64,000 nucleotides of DNA from an uncultured Bacilli bacterium (GCA_910584655.1 CAJUBJ010000001.1:236086-300085), one strand, 5' to 3'. Counted from the stretch's first letter, positions 29,414-39,849 are shown. Notes: generated from the letters alone by a model not told the origin. Made by a program: numbers and translations.

Positions 29414-30232
29414 ATGAGATATATTATTACAAGATTAGATTATAATACGGTGAAGGCTGAGGTTGATGGATATTATCCTTTAAAAGGGACTTTTGAAGGT
29501 TTTTTTAAAGATTTAAGAAGTTATTTGAATCGTCCTGCATTTGTTAAAAGAGTTTCTTATGATAATCATGTTATTTGTATTGAAAAATTAGATCCTGAAT
29601 TCGGATTTGTTTATACCGATGAATATGTTTTAGATGGATTGTTAGAAAATGATGCAAGATTTGTGGAGCATTTGAATTCATTTATGGCGGAATATGAAAG
29701 CAGAAAAGATCAACTTGTTTTTGATGTTATGAATAAAATAGAGAGAAGAAATCTTCATATGAAAAGTTTAAGAACTGCTACTTCAATATATAAAAATTAT
29801 TGTCAAAGTGGGGAAATTGAAAGTATAGATGATTTAGAAATAAGAGATATGGTTATTGAACTATTTAAAAATGGAGATTCACGTGTTTATACAAGCATTT
29901 CTTGTACGATGGATGGAGATATTGTATTACGTCCACAATTTGAATTTAATAATCCTAGTATAAAAAGATTAAAAGTTGCAACTGGTGTTAGTGGGGTTGC
30001 AACTGGAGCTCTTGCTTTATCTTCATTAGCTTTTTCAAATCCAATAACGGCTTTTGTAGGTGTAGCTACAGGAATTGGTTGTTATTATTCATATCAAAAA
30101 AAGAAAGAATTGAATAATGAAGAAGCTAAAAAGGTTTTAGCAAAACTTAGTGAAATATATGGTGAAATGTATTCAGACGAAGAAAAAATAGTAGAGGAAC
30201 ATAAATTATTAAAAAATAAAACAGGAAATTAA
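29414..30232 (+). CDS. hypothetical protein with C-proximal Gly-zipper hydrophobic segment
   Basis: AAGGAG RBS. ATGVSGVATGALALSSLAFSNPITAFVGVATGIGCYY is a membrane segment. No family recognised. Confidence 0.55.
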   Translation: MRYIITRLDYNTVKAEVDGYYPLKGTFEGFFKDLRSYLNRPAFVKRVSYDNHVICIEKLDPEFGFVYTDEYVLDGLLENDARFVEHLNSFMAEYESRKDQLVFDVMNKIERRNLHMKSLRTATSIYKNYCQSGEIESIDDLEIRDMVIELFKNGDSRVYTSISCTMDGDIVLRPQFEFNNPSIKRLKVATGVSGVATGALALSSLAFSNPITAFVGVATGIGCYYSYQKKKELNNEEAKKVLAKLSEIYGEMYSDEEKIVEEHKLLKNKTGN

Positions 30233-30246
30233 TCCTGTTTTTTTAC
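30220..30246. terminator. bidirectional terminator shared by convergent genes
   Basis: Stem AACAGGA/TCCTGTT. Both stop codons lie in or next to the loop. A-run upstream, T7 downstream. Confidence 0.6.
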
Positions 30247-31134
30247 TTCTTCTAAAATCATTTCAATAAGTCGATTAGCTCCAAAACTATGGTAAGAGTT
30301 TTTTAATGTCATTAAGGAATATGAAATAGATGGTAATTCTGGTTCTGTTTTGATAACAAATACTTTTTCATTTTTTATTTTTTTCATTGAATATTCTTTT
30401 GTAACAAGCCCAATACCTAATCCAATAGTTACAAAGTCTTCTAATAAGTTGGCACTAGCGATTTCAATTTTTGAAGTTAAAGTAATGTTGTTATTTTTAC
30501 AAAAGTCATTTAAAGATTTTCTTGTTGATGATGGTGATTTGGGGAATAATAGCGGATAATTATCAAGATCTTTTAATGGGATAGTTTTATTTTTTAATTC
30601 TTCATAGTGAACACTTGAAGAAATGAAACATTGATGTAATTCTCCTAATTTCGTTACATTAAGTTCATCATCTTCTTGATCTAAATCTTTGGCTATTAAA
30701 ATGTCTATGGTACCATCTTTTAACATTTCACGCATTGTCTTGCTTGGATCTGTAAAAACTTGAATAGCTATATTAGGATATTCTTTATGAAATTTTTCTA
30801 AATATTTTAATAAGAAGATACGACATAAAGTAGTACTAATACCGATTCTGACAATACCTGTTTCAAGTTTTTTAAGATTGGAAAATTGTAATTCGGCAGA
30901 TTCAAAGCAATGCATACCTTGTTTTACATAGTTGTATATTTCTTTTCCATTATCTGTTAATATAACTCCACGTTTTGTACGAATAAATAATTCGCCACCT
31001 AATTGATTTTCTAACGATTTAATTTGTTTGGTTACTGCTGGTTGGCTAATCATTAGACGTTGACTAGCTTTTGTGATATTTCCTAAAGTAGCTACTTCAT
31101 AAAAAATTTTATATAGTTCAAAATTAATATTCAT
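30229..31134 (-). CDS. LysR-family transcriptional regulator
   Basis: N-terminal wHTH ITKASQRLMISQPAVTKQIKSLENQLGGELFIR. GGAGG RBS before the ATG at 31134. Divergent from the PHP gene. Confidence 0.9.
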   Translation of the reverse strand: MNINFELYKIFYEVATLGNITKASQRLMISQPAVTKQIKSLENQLGGELFIRTKRGVILTDNGKEIYNYVKQGMHCFESAELQFSNLKKLETGIVRIGISTTLCRIFLLKYLEKFHKEYPNIAIQVFTDPSKTMREMLKDGTIDILIAKDLDQEDDELNVTKLGELHQCFISSSVHYEELKNKTIPLKDLDNYPLLFPKSPSSTRKSLNDFCKNNNITLTSKIEIASANLLEDFVTIGLGIGLVTKEYSMKKIKNEKVFVIKTEPELPSISYSLMTLKNSYHSFGANRLIEMILEEVKKQD

Positions 31135-31231
31135 ATTATAACCTCCTGTTATTATAGTCATTCGAAATAAGTATTTTAATTATAATAAAAAATGCAATAT
31201 AATTCAAATATAAGTGAAGGAGTTGAGTGAA

Positions 31232-32107
31232 ATGAAATTAAATTTAGTAGATTTACATATGCATAGTGTATATTCAGATGGATCAAGGACACCTTACGAA
31301 TTATTGGAGATTGCTAAGCAAGCTAATGTCGGAACAATAGCGATAACTGATCATGATAATATAGATGGTTCTAAAGAATTAATTAGATGTACAGATTCAG
31401 GATTATATCTTTATAGTGGAGTTGAATTAACAGCGAAAGCTGAAAAAGGAAGAATGCATATATTAGGATATAATATTGATTTGGAAAATGAAAGATTAAA
31501 TAAGAGACTTATTGAAATGAAGGATGCAGCAATATATAATTTGATGTTATATGTTGAAATTTTAAAAAAAGATTATGGAGTTATTATTCCAACTTTTGAA
31601 ATTGAAGATTTGTTTAAAAAGAATGGTAATGTTGGAAGACCTGATATTGCTTTGCTACTTATCAAATATGGTTATTGTACAGAAGTTGAGGAAGCTTTTC
31701 AAAAGTACTTAATTATGGCTTATGAAAAAGTTCGCAAAATAAAAAAAGGTTTAACTAAAGAAGAATGTGTTGACTTAATTATTAATGCTGGAGGAGTTGT
31801 ATCTTTGGCACATCCATCATCTTTAAAAATGACTAATGAAGAATTGGAACAGGAAGTTGCATATTTAAAAAGTTTAGGTATGGAATGTATTGAAATACAA
31901 CATATTAATAATAAACCTGAACAAAGAGAGTATTATCGTTATTTAGCTGAGAAATATCAACTGATGGAATCTGGTGGAACTGATTTTCATGGATATGAAG
32001 TTAAGCCAGATGTTAGTTTAGGCAGTGGCCGTGATGGAAATGTTCATATTGAAGAAGGAACACTTAGTTTAACTAAAAATATTAAGAGTAGATATATGAG
32101 AAGATAA
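31232..32107 (+). CDS. PHP-domain phosphoesterase (TrpH/YciV-like)
   Basis: VDLHMHSVYSDGS...AITDHDN...HILGY...LAHP...GGTDFHG are PHP metal-binding motifs. Confidence 0.8.
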   Translation: MKLNLVDLHMHSVYSDGSRTPYELLEIAKQANVGTIAITDHDNIDGSKELIRCTDSGLYLYSGVELTAKAEKGRMHILGYNIDLENERLNKRLIEMKDAAIYNLMLYVEILKKDYGVIIPTFEIEDLFKKNGNVGRPDIALLLIKYGYCTEVEEAFQKYLIMAYEKVRKIKKGLTKEECVDLIINAGGVVSLAHPSSLKMTNEELEQEVAYLKSLGMECIEIQHINNKPEQREYYRYLAEKYQLMESGGTDFHGYEVKPDVSLGSGRDGNVHIEEGTLSLTKNIKSRYMRR

Positions 32108-32197
32108 ATTTATCTTCTTTTTTTATAGAGATATTATAGTATTTACGAATTAATTAAAAAATGGTAAAATTATAATGAACTTAGGAAGGTGTGTTAT

Positions 32198-32440
32198 ATG
32201 GATGAAAATACAAGCTTGTTTGACGTTAGTATTGTTAAAAAAAAGTTAATTTCATCTACACTTAAAGAAGTTTTTGATGCATTAAAGGAAAGGGGATATA
32301 ATCCGATTAATCAAATAGTTGGTTATTTGATGAGTGGGGATTCTGGTTATATATCAAATTATAGAGATTCAAGAAATAAAATTTTAGAGTTTGATATAGC
32401 TGAGATACTTGCTGTTGTTTTAGAGGATTATCTAAAATAG
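32198..32440 (+). CDS. ireB: IreB-family regulatory phosphoprotein (UPF0297)
   Basis: VFDALKERGYNPINQIVGYLMSGDSGYISNYRDSRNKI. Located upstream of ruvX, as in Bacilli. Confidence 0.85.
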   Translation: MDENTSLFDVSIVKKKLISSTLKEVFDALKERGYNPINQIVGYLMSGDSGYISNYRDSRNKILEFDIAEILAVVLEDYLK

Positions 32441-32442
32441 TT

Positions 32443-32862
32443 ATGAGATGTTTAGGACTTGATTTGGGTACAAGAACTTTAGGTTTAGCAATGTCTGATA
32501 AAATGAATATGATAGCTTCTCCTTATAAAGTATTGCATTGGGATGGAGAAAATTATGATTTGTTATTTAAGGACTTAGATGAAATTATTGCAAATAATGG
32601 AATAACAGACTTAGTTTTGGGGCTGCCTAAGAATATGAATAACACACTAGGTTTTGCTGCAGAAAGAAGTATGAAGTTTAAAGTAGCACTAGAAGAGAGA
32701 TATTCTATAGAAGTAAAAATGATAGATGAGAGATTATCTACTGTAGAAGCGACGAATTACTTATTAGATGCAGATATGAGTAGAAAAAAAAGAAAAAAAG
32801 TAGTAGATGGTGTAGCAGCTAGTATAATACTAGATACATATCTTAAAATGAAAGGAAATTAA
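32443..32862 (+). CDS. ruvX: YqgF/RuvX putative pre-16S rRNA nuclease / Holliday junction resolvase-like
   Basis: LGLDLGTRTLGLAMSD...LVLGLPKNMNNT...DERLSTVEA. Confidence 0.9.
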   Translation: MRCLGLDLGTRTLGLAMSDKMNMIASPYKVLHWDGENYDLLFKDLDEIIANNGITDLVLGLPKNMNNTLGFAAERSMKFKVALEERYSIEVKMIDERLSTVEATNYLLDADMSRKKRKKVVDGVAASIILDTYLKMKGN

Positions 32863-32865
32863 AAA

Positions 32866-33159
32866 ATGAACGAAGAAAAAAAAGGTGTATTTACAATAGT
32901 TGATGAAAATGGTAAGGAATTAGAATGTGAAATATTATTTACTTTCGATTCAGATGAAACTAAAAAAAGTTACATAGTTTATACTGATAATACTGTAGAT
33001 GAAGAAGGAAGTACAAAAGTATATGGTTCAGTATATGATCCAACTGGACAAAATCCAGCATTGATGCCAATTGAAACAGAAAAAGAATGGTTAGTTATAG
33101 AAAATATTTTAACTTCAGTACAACAAAAAATTGATGAAGCAGAAGGTGCTAATAATTAG
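32866..33159 (+). CDS. DUF1292 protein (YrzB-like)
   Basis: FTIVDENGKELECEILFTFDSDETKKSYIVYTD...EKEW. Canonical position after ruvX. Confidence 0.75.
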   Translation: MNEEKKGVFTIVDENGKELECEILFTFDSDETKKSYIVYTDNTVDEEGSTKVYGSVYDPTGQNPALMPIETEKEWLVIENILTSVQQKIDEAEGANN

Positions 33160-33163
33160 AAAT

Positions 33164-34246
33164 ATGAAAAAGAAAATATTAATTATAACTATATGTATAT
33201 TTTCTTTTTTTCTTATTTGTATGGTAGGAGTTGGCATATTTTATAAGGTTTCTTTGGAAAGTCCAAATATAAATGGAAAAGAAGAAAAAGTTACAGTAAT
33301 AGTTGAAAAAGGGAGTACATCTAAATCCGTTATAGATTTGTTTTATGATAGTGGTTTAATTAGAAATAAATATGTTGGTTATGCATATTTAAAATTAAAT
33401 AAAAACATAGTTTTACAAGCAGGTGTTTATGAAGTTAATAGAGGAATGTCTTTACCTGAATTATTAAATTATATAAGTGAGGGGAATGTTATTGATGATA
33501 GTGTTTCAATTACTTTTATAGAAGGAAAAAGACTTACTACTTATGTTAAACAGATTAGTGAAAAATTTGGGTATACTGAAGAAGAAATTATGGAAAAACT
33601 TTCTGATGTTAATTTTTTAGAAAGTTTAATAGAAAAATATTGGTTCTTGACTGATGATATTTTAAATGATAAATTATATTATGCACTGGAAGGATATTTG
33701 TATCCAAGTACATATCAATTTGCAAAAGATGCTAGTATTGAAGATGTAGTTATTAAAATGCTAGAAGCTACTAATTCAATTTTAAGTGATTATAAGAAAA
33801 AAATTGATATTGAAGATGTTAATATACATGAGATACTTACTATGGCTAGTATAATAGAATTAGAAGGTTCTAATAGTAATGATAGAAAAGGTGTTTCAGG
33901 TGTATTTTATAATAGACTAAATGCAGGATGGAGTCTTGGTAGCGATGTAACAACTTACTATGCGGCTAAAGTCGAAATGAGTGAGAGGGATTTATATCAA
34001 TACGAAATAGATGAAGTTAATGACTATAATACAAGACCTGCAGCAATGGCAGGAAAGTTGCCTGTAGGACCAATTTGCTCGCCAAGTCATGATTCTATTA
34101 TTGCATCTTTAGAACCAGAAGAACATGATTATTATTTCTTTGTAGCTGATAAAACTAAAAAAACATATTTTACTAAGACGAATGCAGAACATCAAGAAAT
34201 AATATCAAAATTAAAAAGTGAAGGTCTTTGGTTTACATATAATTAA
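33164..34246 (+). CDS. mltG: endolytic murein transglycosylase MltG (YceG-like)
   Basis: N-terminal TM. LTMASIIELEG...GVFYNRLNAGWSLGSDVTTYYA...YNTR is the YceG pattern. The start is uncertain (33131, 33134 or 33164). Confidence 0.85.
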   Translation: MKKKILIITICIFSFFLICMVGVGIFYKVSLESPNINGKEEKVTVIVEKGSTSKSVIDLFYDSGLIRNKYVGYAYLKLNKNIVLQAGVYEVNRGMSLPELLNYISEGNVIDDSVSITFIEGKRLTTYVKQISEKFGYTEEEIMEKLSDVNFLESLIEKYWFLTDDILNDKLYYALEGYLYPSTYQFAKDASIEDVVIKMLEATNSILSDYKKKIDIEDVNIHEILTMASIIELEGSNSNDRKGVSGVFYNRLNAGWSLGSDVTTYYAAKVEMSERDLYQYEIDEVNDYNTRPAAMAGKLPVGPICSPSHDSIIASLEPEEHDYYFFVADKTKKTYFTKTNAEHQEIISKLKSEGLWFTYN

Positions 34247-34255
34247 GGTGGTATT

Positions 34256-34849
34256 ATGAGAGAAAAAATATTAGATATGGAGCAATATGCGAAAGAACAT
34301 AATGTTCCTATTATCGAAAAAGATTCGATTGCCTTTATAATGAAATTTATAAAAGCTAATGATGTTAAAGAAATTTTGGAGTTAGGTAGTGCAATTGGAT
34401 ATTCGGCAATTTTAATGGCATCTGTAAAAGATGATATTAAGTTAACTACTATTGAACGTGATGAAACTAGATATATGGAATGTTTGAAAAATGTTAAGAA
34501 TTGTGGGATGGAAGATAAGATAAATGTTGTTTATCAAGATGCCTTGGAGGTTAATTTATCTGGGGTTTCTTATGATTTAATATTTATTGATGCTGCAAAA
34601 GGACAATACACTAAGTTCTTTGAAAAATATAAATATTTTTTAAAGCCAGGTGGAGTTATTATAAGTGATAATTTAAAATTCCATGGACATGTTGGTAATA
34701 GAGGTAATATAGCTAGTAGAAATTTGAAACAACTTGTTGGTAAAATTGAAAATTATATAGATTTTTTAAAAAATAATGACGAATTTGAAACTAAATTTTA
34801 TGATGTTGGAGACGGCTTATCTGTAAGCATAAGAAAAGATGAAATCTAG
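34256..34849 (+). CDS. trmR: class I SAM-dependent O-methyltransferase (YrrM/TrmR-like, tRNA mo5U)
   Basis: ILELGSAIGYSAILMA SAM motif and IFIDAAKGQY. Synteny mltG-yrrM-yrrN-yrrO as in B. subtilis. Confidence 0.7.
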   Translation: MREKILDMEQYAKEHNVPIIEKDSIAFIMKFIKANDVKEILELGSAIGYSAILMASVKDDIKLTTIERDETRYMECLKNVKNCGMEDKINVVYQDALEVNLSGVSYDLIFIDAAKGQYTKFFEKYKYFLKPGGVIISDNLKFHGHVGNRGNIASRNLKQLVGKIENYIDFLKNNDEFETKFYDVGDGLSVSIRKDEI

Positions 34850-35648
34850 TAATATACTTATATATGTAGATGATATAAAGCATTTAGATGATTATAGAAA
34901 AGTGGGTGTTTCTACTTTTCTTTTTGCTTTAGAAGGATTTAGTGTTGGATATAATACATATACTTTAGACGAAATAAAAAATGTAGAAGTTTCAAATAAA
35001 TATGTTATTTTAAATAGAATGTTGGATTGTCGTGCTGTAGATGGCTTGAAAGAAAAGTTAAAAGAATTTAGTGGAATAAAAGGAATAGTTTTCGAAGATA
35101 TTGCTGTTTATCAATTAATTAAAAAAATGAATTTGGATATAGAAATGATTTTTTTTCAAAATCATTTTGGTACAAATGTACATTCGGTTAATTTTTGGTT
35201 AGATAGAGTAAATAGCATTTTTATTAGTAATGAGATTACTAAGGTTGAAATAGAAAATATTTTAGATAAAGTTCAGAAGCCAGTGGTTTTAAATTTATAT
35301 GGATATAATCAAGTTATGTATAGTAGAAGATTATTATTAAGTAATTGGAGTGAAGAGTTTAATATACCTTATAAAAGTATGAATGTTTTAGAAGATAGAG
35401 CGACTCATGTAAAATTTAGAGCTATAGAAAATGAATTTGGAACTGTTATGTATTCTGATAAAATATTTAATGGTAAAGAATTGTTAGGTTTAGACAATGT
35501 TAAGTTTTTTTATGTAAATACAATGATGATTGATCATAATTTAGTTATGGACTTTTTAGAAAGCACAATGGATCATATTTCTGAGTTTGAAGATGATGGC
35601 TTTTTAAATAGAGAAACTATTTATAAATTGAAGGAGAGGAATAGATAA
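34839..35648 (+). CDS. peptidase U32-family protein, YrrN-like (tRNA ho5U synthesis partner)
   Basis: Overlaps both neighbours. Position and size match yrrN. No catalytic signature seen by eye. Confidence 0.5.
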   Translation: MKSSNILIYVDDIKHLDDYRKVGVSTFLFALEGFSVGYNTYTLDEIKNVEVSNKYVILNRMLDCRAVDGLKEKLKEFSGIKGIVFEDIAVYQLIKKMNLDIEMIFFQNHFGTNVHSVNFWLDRVNSIFISNEITKVEIENILDKVQKPVVLNLYGYNQVMYSRRLLLSNWSEEFNIPYKSMNVLEDRATHVKFRAIENEFGTVMYSDKIFNGKELLGLDNVKFFYVNTMMIDHNLVMDFLESTMDHISEFEDDGFLNRETIYKLKERNR

Positions 35649-36850
35649 TGGAAAAATTAGAATTACTTGCGCCTTCAGGAGATTTAGAAAGACTTAAAAT
35701 AGCTTGTCTATACGGAGCTGATGCAATATATATTGGTGGACAAAATTATAGTTTAAGGGCTAATGCTCTTAACTTTAGTGTTGATGATATTAGGGAAGCA
35801 GTTAATTTTGCCCATAATTTGAATAAAAAAGTTTATGTAACAGTAAATATTGTTTTTCATGATAAAGATTTAGAGGGCGTTAAGGAATACTTACAAACTT
35901 TAGATGAAATAGGTGTGGATGCAATTATTGTTTCAGATGTAGTTGTTATGGAATTGTGGAAAAAATTGAATTTAAACTTAGAATTACATGTAAGTACACA
36001 AGCTTCTAGTTTAAATTATGAAACTGTTAAATTTTATCAAGATTTGGGAGCTACAAGAGTTGTTTTAGCTCGTGAAGCATCTAGAGAAGATGTAAAAAGA
36101 ATTAAGGATGAAACAGGAATAGAAATAGAATGTTTTGTTCATGGAGCAATGTGTACAAGCATTAGTGGAAGATGTGTATTATCTAACTATGCAACTAATA
36201 GGGATAGTAATAGGGGTGGGTGTGCTCAAGTCTGTAGATTTATATTTGATGCTGATAATACAGATCAAGTGTTTAGCATGACCCCAAAAGATTTAAATAT
36301 GGTTGCTAATATAAAAGATATGATAAATGTAGGTGTTAATTCTTTTAAAGTAGAAGGAAGAATGCGTAGTGTTTATTATATTGCGACAGTTATTGATGTG
36401 TATAGACATTTAATAGATAAAGTAGTGAATAATACATTAACAGATGCATATACTAAATATAGCTTAAGTGTATTAAATAGATGTGCAAACAGAGATTCTA
36501 CAGATCAATTTTTTAATGGTTTACCTGGTAAAAATGAACAATATTTTTTAGGAAGAGATGAAATAAGTAATAAAGATTTTTTAGGAATTGTTAAAGGTTA
36601 TGATAGAGATACAAATGTTGTAACTTTAGAACAAAGAAATTATTTTAAACCTGGAGATGTTGTAGAATTTTTTGGACCATGTATGGAAGCAACTACTTTT
36701 ACAATTCCAGATAAGCTTTATGATAAGGATGATAATTTAATAGATGTAGCTAATCATCCGCAGATGATTGTTAAGTTTAAGGCTAATATAAATCTGTCAG
36801 AATTTGATATGATGAGAATTAAAGTGTTTGACATTTCAGATTTTTTATAG
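35648..36850 (+). CDS. peptidase U32-family protein, YrrO-like (tRNA ho5U synthesis)
   Basis: U32 signature ECFVHGAMCTSISGRCVLSNY...NRGGCAQVCR. Confidence 0.85.
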   Translation: MEKLELLAPSGDLERLKIACLYGADAIYIGGQNYSLRANALNFSVDDIREAVNFAHNLNKKVYVTVNIVFHDKDLEGVKEYLQTLDEIGVDAIIVSDVVVMELWKKLNLNLELHVSTQASSLNYETVKFYQDLGATRVVLAREASREDVKRIKDETGIEIECFVHGAMCTSISGRCVLSNYATNRDSNRGGCAQVCRFIFDADNTDQVFSMTPKDLNMVANIKDMINVGVNSFKVEGRMRSVYYIATVIDVYRHLIDKVVNNTLTDAYTKYSLSVLNRCANRDSTDQFFNGLPGKNEQYFLGRDEISNKDFLGIVKGYDRDTNVVTLEQRNYFKPGDVVEFFGPCMEATTFTIPDKLYDKDDNLIDVANHPQMIVKFKANINLSEFDMMRIKVFDISDFL

Positions 36851-36889
36851 TATTCTTATGAAGATGTTTTTTTGAAGGAGATGCTCGTA

Positions 36890-37360
36890 ATGGCAAAAAA
36901 GGAAGAAATTCTACTTACTGCTAAAGGTTATGCAGAATTAGAAGAAGAACTAAATGATTTAAGAGTAAATAAGAGGGCTGAAAATGTAGCTGCTATCAAG
37001 GAAGCTAGAAGTCATGGAGATTTATCTGAAAATTCAGAATATGATGCTGCAAGAGATGAACAAGCGAAGATTGAAGCTAGAATACAAGAACTTGAATATA
37101 AATTGGAACATGCAACAATAATTGATTCTACTGATAAAACTACTGTTAATGTTGGATGTGATGTAACTATACTTTATGTTGACGATGAAGAAGAAGATAC
37201 ATATAGTATTGTTGGATCACTTGAAGCTGATCCATTTGAAAATAAAATTAGTAATGAATCACCAATTGGTGCTGCTTTAATTGGTAGTAAAGTTGGAGAT
37301 GTTATTAATGTTGATGGACCTAATGGCTCATATCAAGTTAAGGTTATTAAGATAGCTTAA
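36890..37360 (+). CDS. greA: transcription elongation factor GreA
   Basis: LT.KGYAELEEELNDL...A...GDLSENSEYDAA..EQ coiled coil and a C-terminal FKBP-like domain. Confidence 0.95.
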   Translation: MAKKEEILLTAKGYAELEEELNDLRVNKRAENVAAIKEARSHGDLSENSEYDAARDEQAKIEARIQELEYKLEHATIIDSTDKTTVNVGCDVTILYVDDEEEDTYSIVGSLEADPFENKISNESPIGAALIGSKVGDVINVDGPNGSYQVKVIKIA

Positions 37361-37376
37361 TTGCTGTCTTTTTTGG

Positions 37377-37405
37377 TTGTAATTCTTATTGTTCTAAGGT
37401 ATAAT
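37377..37405 (+). promoter_or_regulatory. sigma-A-type promoter upstream of tig
   Basis: TTGTAA, 17 bp spacer, TATAAT. Confidence 0.55.
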
Positions 37406-37432
37406 ATTGAAAGTTAAGAGAGGGAAGTGTTT

Positions 37433-38686
37433 ATGAAAAATGTACACGAAATAGAAATAGAAGTAAAGGGAAGCGAATGGGAAAATATTTTAGATGCTAC
37501 TTTTACTAAAAGAAATAAAGAATTAGAAGTTGATGGATTTAGAAAAGGAAAATGTCCTAAAAATATCTATTTACAAAAATTTGGCATTGAATCTCTTTTT
37601 ATGGATGCAGTAGATACAGCTGTTGGTAAAGCTTATACTGATGCTTTAAGAGAAAATAATTTAGTACCAGTTTGTGAACCAGGTATGGATGTTAAGGAAA
37701 TTGATAAAGACCATGTTAAATTTAGCTTTACAATTATTACTAAACCTGAAGTTAAGTTAGGTAAATACAAAGATTTAGATGTTAAAAAAGATAAAGTTAA
37801 GGTTAGCAATGATGAAATTGATTCAGAAGTTGCAAGACTTTGCTCAAGATTTGCTGAAATCGTTGTTAAAGAAGAAGGTAAAGTTGAAGAAGGTAATACA
37901 GCTGTTATAGATTTCGAAGGATTTGTTGATGGAGAAGCTTTAGAAGGCGGAAATGGAGCAAATTATCCATTAGAAATTGGTTCTCATACATTTATTCCAG
38001 GATTTGAAGAAGGTATTGTTGGTATGAGTGTTGGGGAAACTAAAGAATTAAATCTAAAATTCCCTGAAGAATATACTAAAGAATTAGCTGGTAAAGAAGT
38101 TAAATTTAATGTTACTGTTAGAGAAATTAAAGAAAGAGTTTTACCTGAACTTAATAAAGAATTCTATGCTGATTTAGGCTACGATGATATTGAAACAGAA
38201 GAAGATTTTAGAAAAGAAGTAAAGAAAGCTATTGAAGAAAGAAAAAATGAAGAAGCTAAGAATAAATATCTTGACGATGTTTTAGAAGAAGCTGCTAAAA
38301 ATATGGAAATCGAACTTAATCCAGAGATAATTCATGATGAGGTTCATAGAATGATACATCAATTTGAAGATCAAATGAGAATGCAAGGTATTTCTTTAGA
38401 CCAATATCTTCAATTTACAGGTGGATCTAGAGAAGATTTACATAAGCAAATGGAACCAGAAGCTGAAAAGAGAGTTAAATACCGCTATTTAATAGAAGAA
38501 GTTGCTGAAGCAGAAAATATTGAAATAGATGATAAAGCTGCTGAAGAAGAAGCAGAGAAAATGGCTGCTCAATATGCTGTAGAAAAAGATGAATTTTTAA
38601 CTCATTTTGGTGGATTAGAAGTTGTTAAATATGATATGAAGATGCGTAAGGCATTAGAAATCCTTGGTGGAGAGGAAGTTAAGTAA
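37433..38686 (+). CDS. tig: trigger factor
   Basis: GFRKGK.P ribosome-binding loop, FKBP domain FIPGFEEGIVGM, and a helical acidic C-terminal arm. Confidence 0.95.
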   Translation: MKNVHEIEIEVKGSEWENILDATFTKRNKELEVDGFRKGKCPKNIYLQKFGIESLFMDAVDTAVGKAYTDALRENNLVPVCEPGMDVKEIDKDHVKFSFTIITKPEVKLGKYKDLDVKKDKVKVSNDEIDSEVARLCSRFAEIVVKEEGKVEEGNTAVIDFEGFVDGEALEGGNGANYPLEIGSHTFIPGFEEGIVGMSVGETKELNLKFPEEYTKELAGKEVKFNVTVREIKERVLPELNKEFYADLGYDDIETEEDFRKEVKKAIEERKNEEAKNKYLDDVLEEAAKNMEIELNPEIIHDEVHRMIHQFEDQMRMQGISLDQYLQFTGGSREDLHKQMEPEAEKRVKYRYLIEEVAEAENIEIDDKAAEEEAEKMAAQYAVEKDEFLTHFGGLEVVKYDMKMRKALEILGGEEVK

Positions 38687-38708
38687 TTGAATATTCAATT
38701 ACTTTTTT
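38683..38708 (+). terminator. intrinsic terminator after tig
   Basis: Stem GTAATTGA/TCAATTAC with an ATAT loop, overlapping the stop, followed by T6. Confidence 0.7.
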
Positions 38709-38724
38709 CTTTGTAGTATTTTTG

Positions 38725-38733
38725 TGTTATAAT
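38725..38733 (+). promoter_or_regulatory. extended -10 element TGTTATAAT
   Basis: Exact 9-mer 31 nt upstream of the ATG at 38764. Confidence 0.5.
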
Positions 38734-38763
38734 AATTATATTAATAATAGTAGGTGAATTTTT

Positions 38764-39849
38764 ATGGTTAAAAAGATAAAAAAAATAAAAATGGAAGAAC
38801 CTGATATTGCTAGTGAAGAAGAAATCTTAGAGGTTCAGAGTGAAATAAATGAAGAATTATTAAATGAAAAAAAACTAAAAGAGAAAAACAAAAAAGAAAA
38901 TGGAACATATTTGTTTTTTAGATTTTTCTTTAATAGATTAAAAGAGGATAAATTTTATTTGTGTTCTTTTATTGTTACTATAACTTTTTTTAGTATATTT
39001 TCCTTTAATAAATTAAAGGAGACTGAAGGATACTATGATAAAAAGAATGAAACTAAACAAACTGATAATTCTTTAGTTCCAACCATCAATACAGATTTAA
39101 ATAATTCTAATGTGACTAATAATAAAGAAAATGATGAGTTGAATATTGGAGATTATGTTGGTATTTATAGTAAAAGTGTTGAATTGCCAACGCCAATTAA
39201 ACTTACTAATACATGTAATGTTACTAATTATAAGGTAGTTTATGAGATAAAAAAAGATAAAAATATCATAAAATATTTTTATAACGATTGTATAGGTACT
39301 ATTAGAATTTGGAGTGATACATTAAAATATGTTTCTAATGGTGGAGCTAGGTATATAAGTGCAAATGAAATTAATTATTTGTTTTCTAATAGTAGTATGA
39401 AAGAAGTTGATGGTGATACTTATAAATTAGATGAAGAAATAAAAAGTATTAAAGAAAATATTAAAGTTAAAGATAGAGTATATATTTATGATAATAATAT
39501 TGTTTTTACAACTGATGATGACTTGATATTAATAAAAAATGGAGTTATTAGTTATCAATTAACAAATAAATATAAATCTGAAGGTGGCGAGTTGAAGAAA
39601 TTAGTTTATAAATCTAAGAATGAAAATGAATTTAGATTTATTGTATTTAGTACTAAAGAAAATAAAAGTTGCTATACTACAGAAGAACTTACTAAGAGTG
39701 ATTTTAAAGATGAAGAGTTTTATAAAGTTTTTTCAATAAAATATGATAGTGAAAGTGGAACTTTTTTAGAAGAAAAAGAAATTGCAACAAGAAATAAAAG
39801 TGATGGGTGCGATAAATTTAATGAGGATTTGAAAACTTTAATTGAATAA
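38764..39849 (+). CDS. hypothetical membrane-anchored protein (361 aa)
   Basis: Acidic/Lys-rich N-terminus, one TM, then an Asn/Lys-rich ectodomain. AGGTGA RBS. No family recognised. Confidence 0.6.
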   Translation: MVKKIKKIKMEEPDIASEEEILEVQSEINEELLNEKKLKEKNKKENGTYLFFRFFFNRLKEDKFYLCSFIVTITFFSIFSFNKLKETEGYYDKKNETKQTDNSLVPTINTDLNNSNVTNNKENDELNIGDYVGIYSKSVELPTPIKLTNTCNVTNYKVVYEIKKDKNIIKYFYNDCIGTIRIWSDTLKYVSNGGARYISANEINYLFSNSSMKEVDGDTYKLDEEIKSIKENIKVKDRVYIYDNNIVFTTDDDLILIKNGVISYQLTNKYKSEGGELKKLVYKSKNENEFRFIVFSTKENKSCYTTEELTKSDFKDEEFYKVFSIKYDSESGTFLEEKEIATRNKSDGCDKFNEDLKTLIE

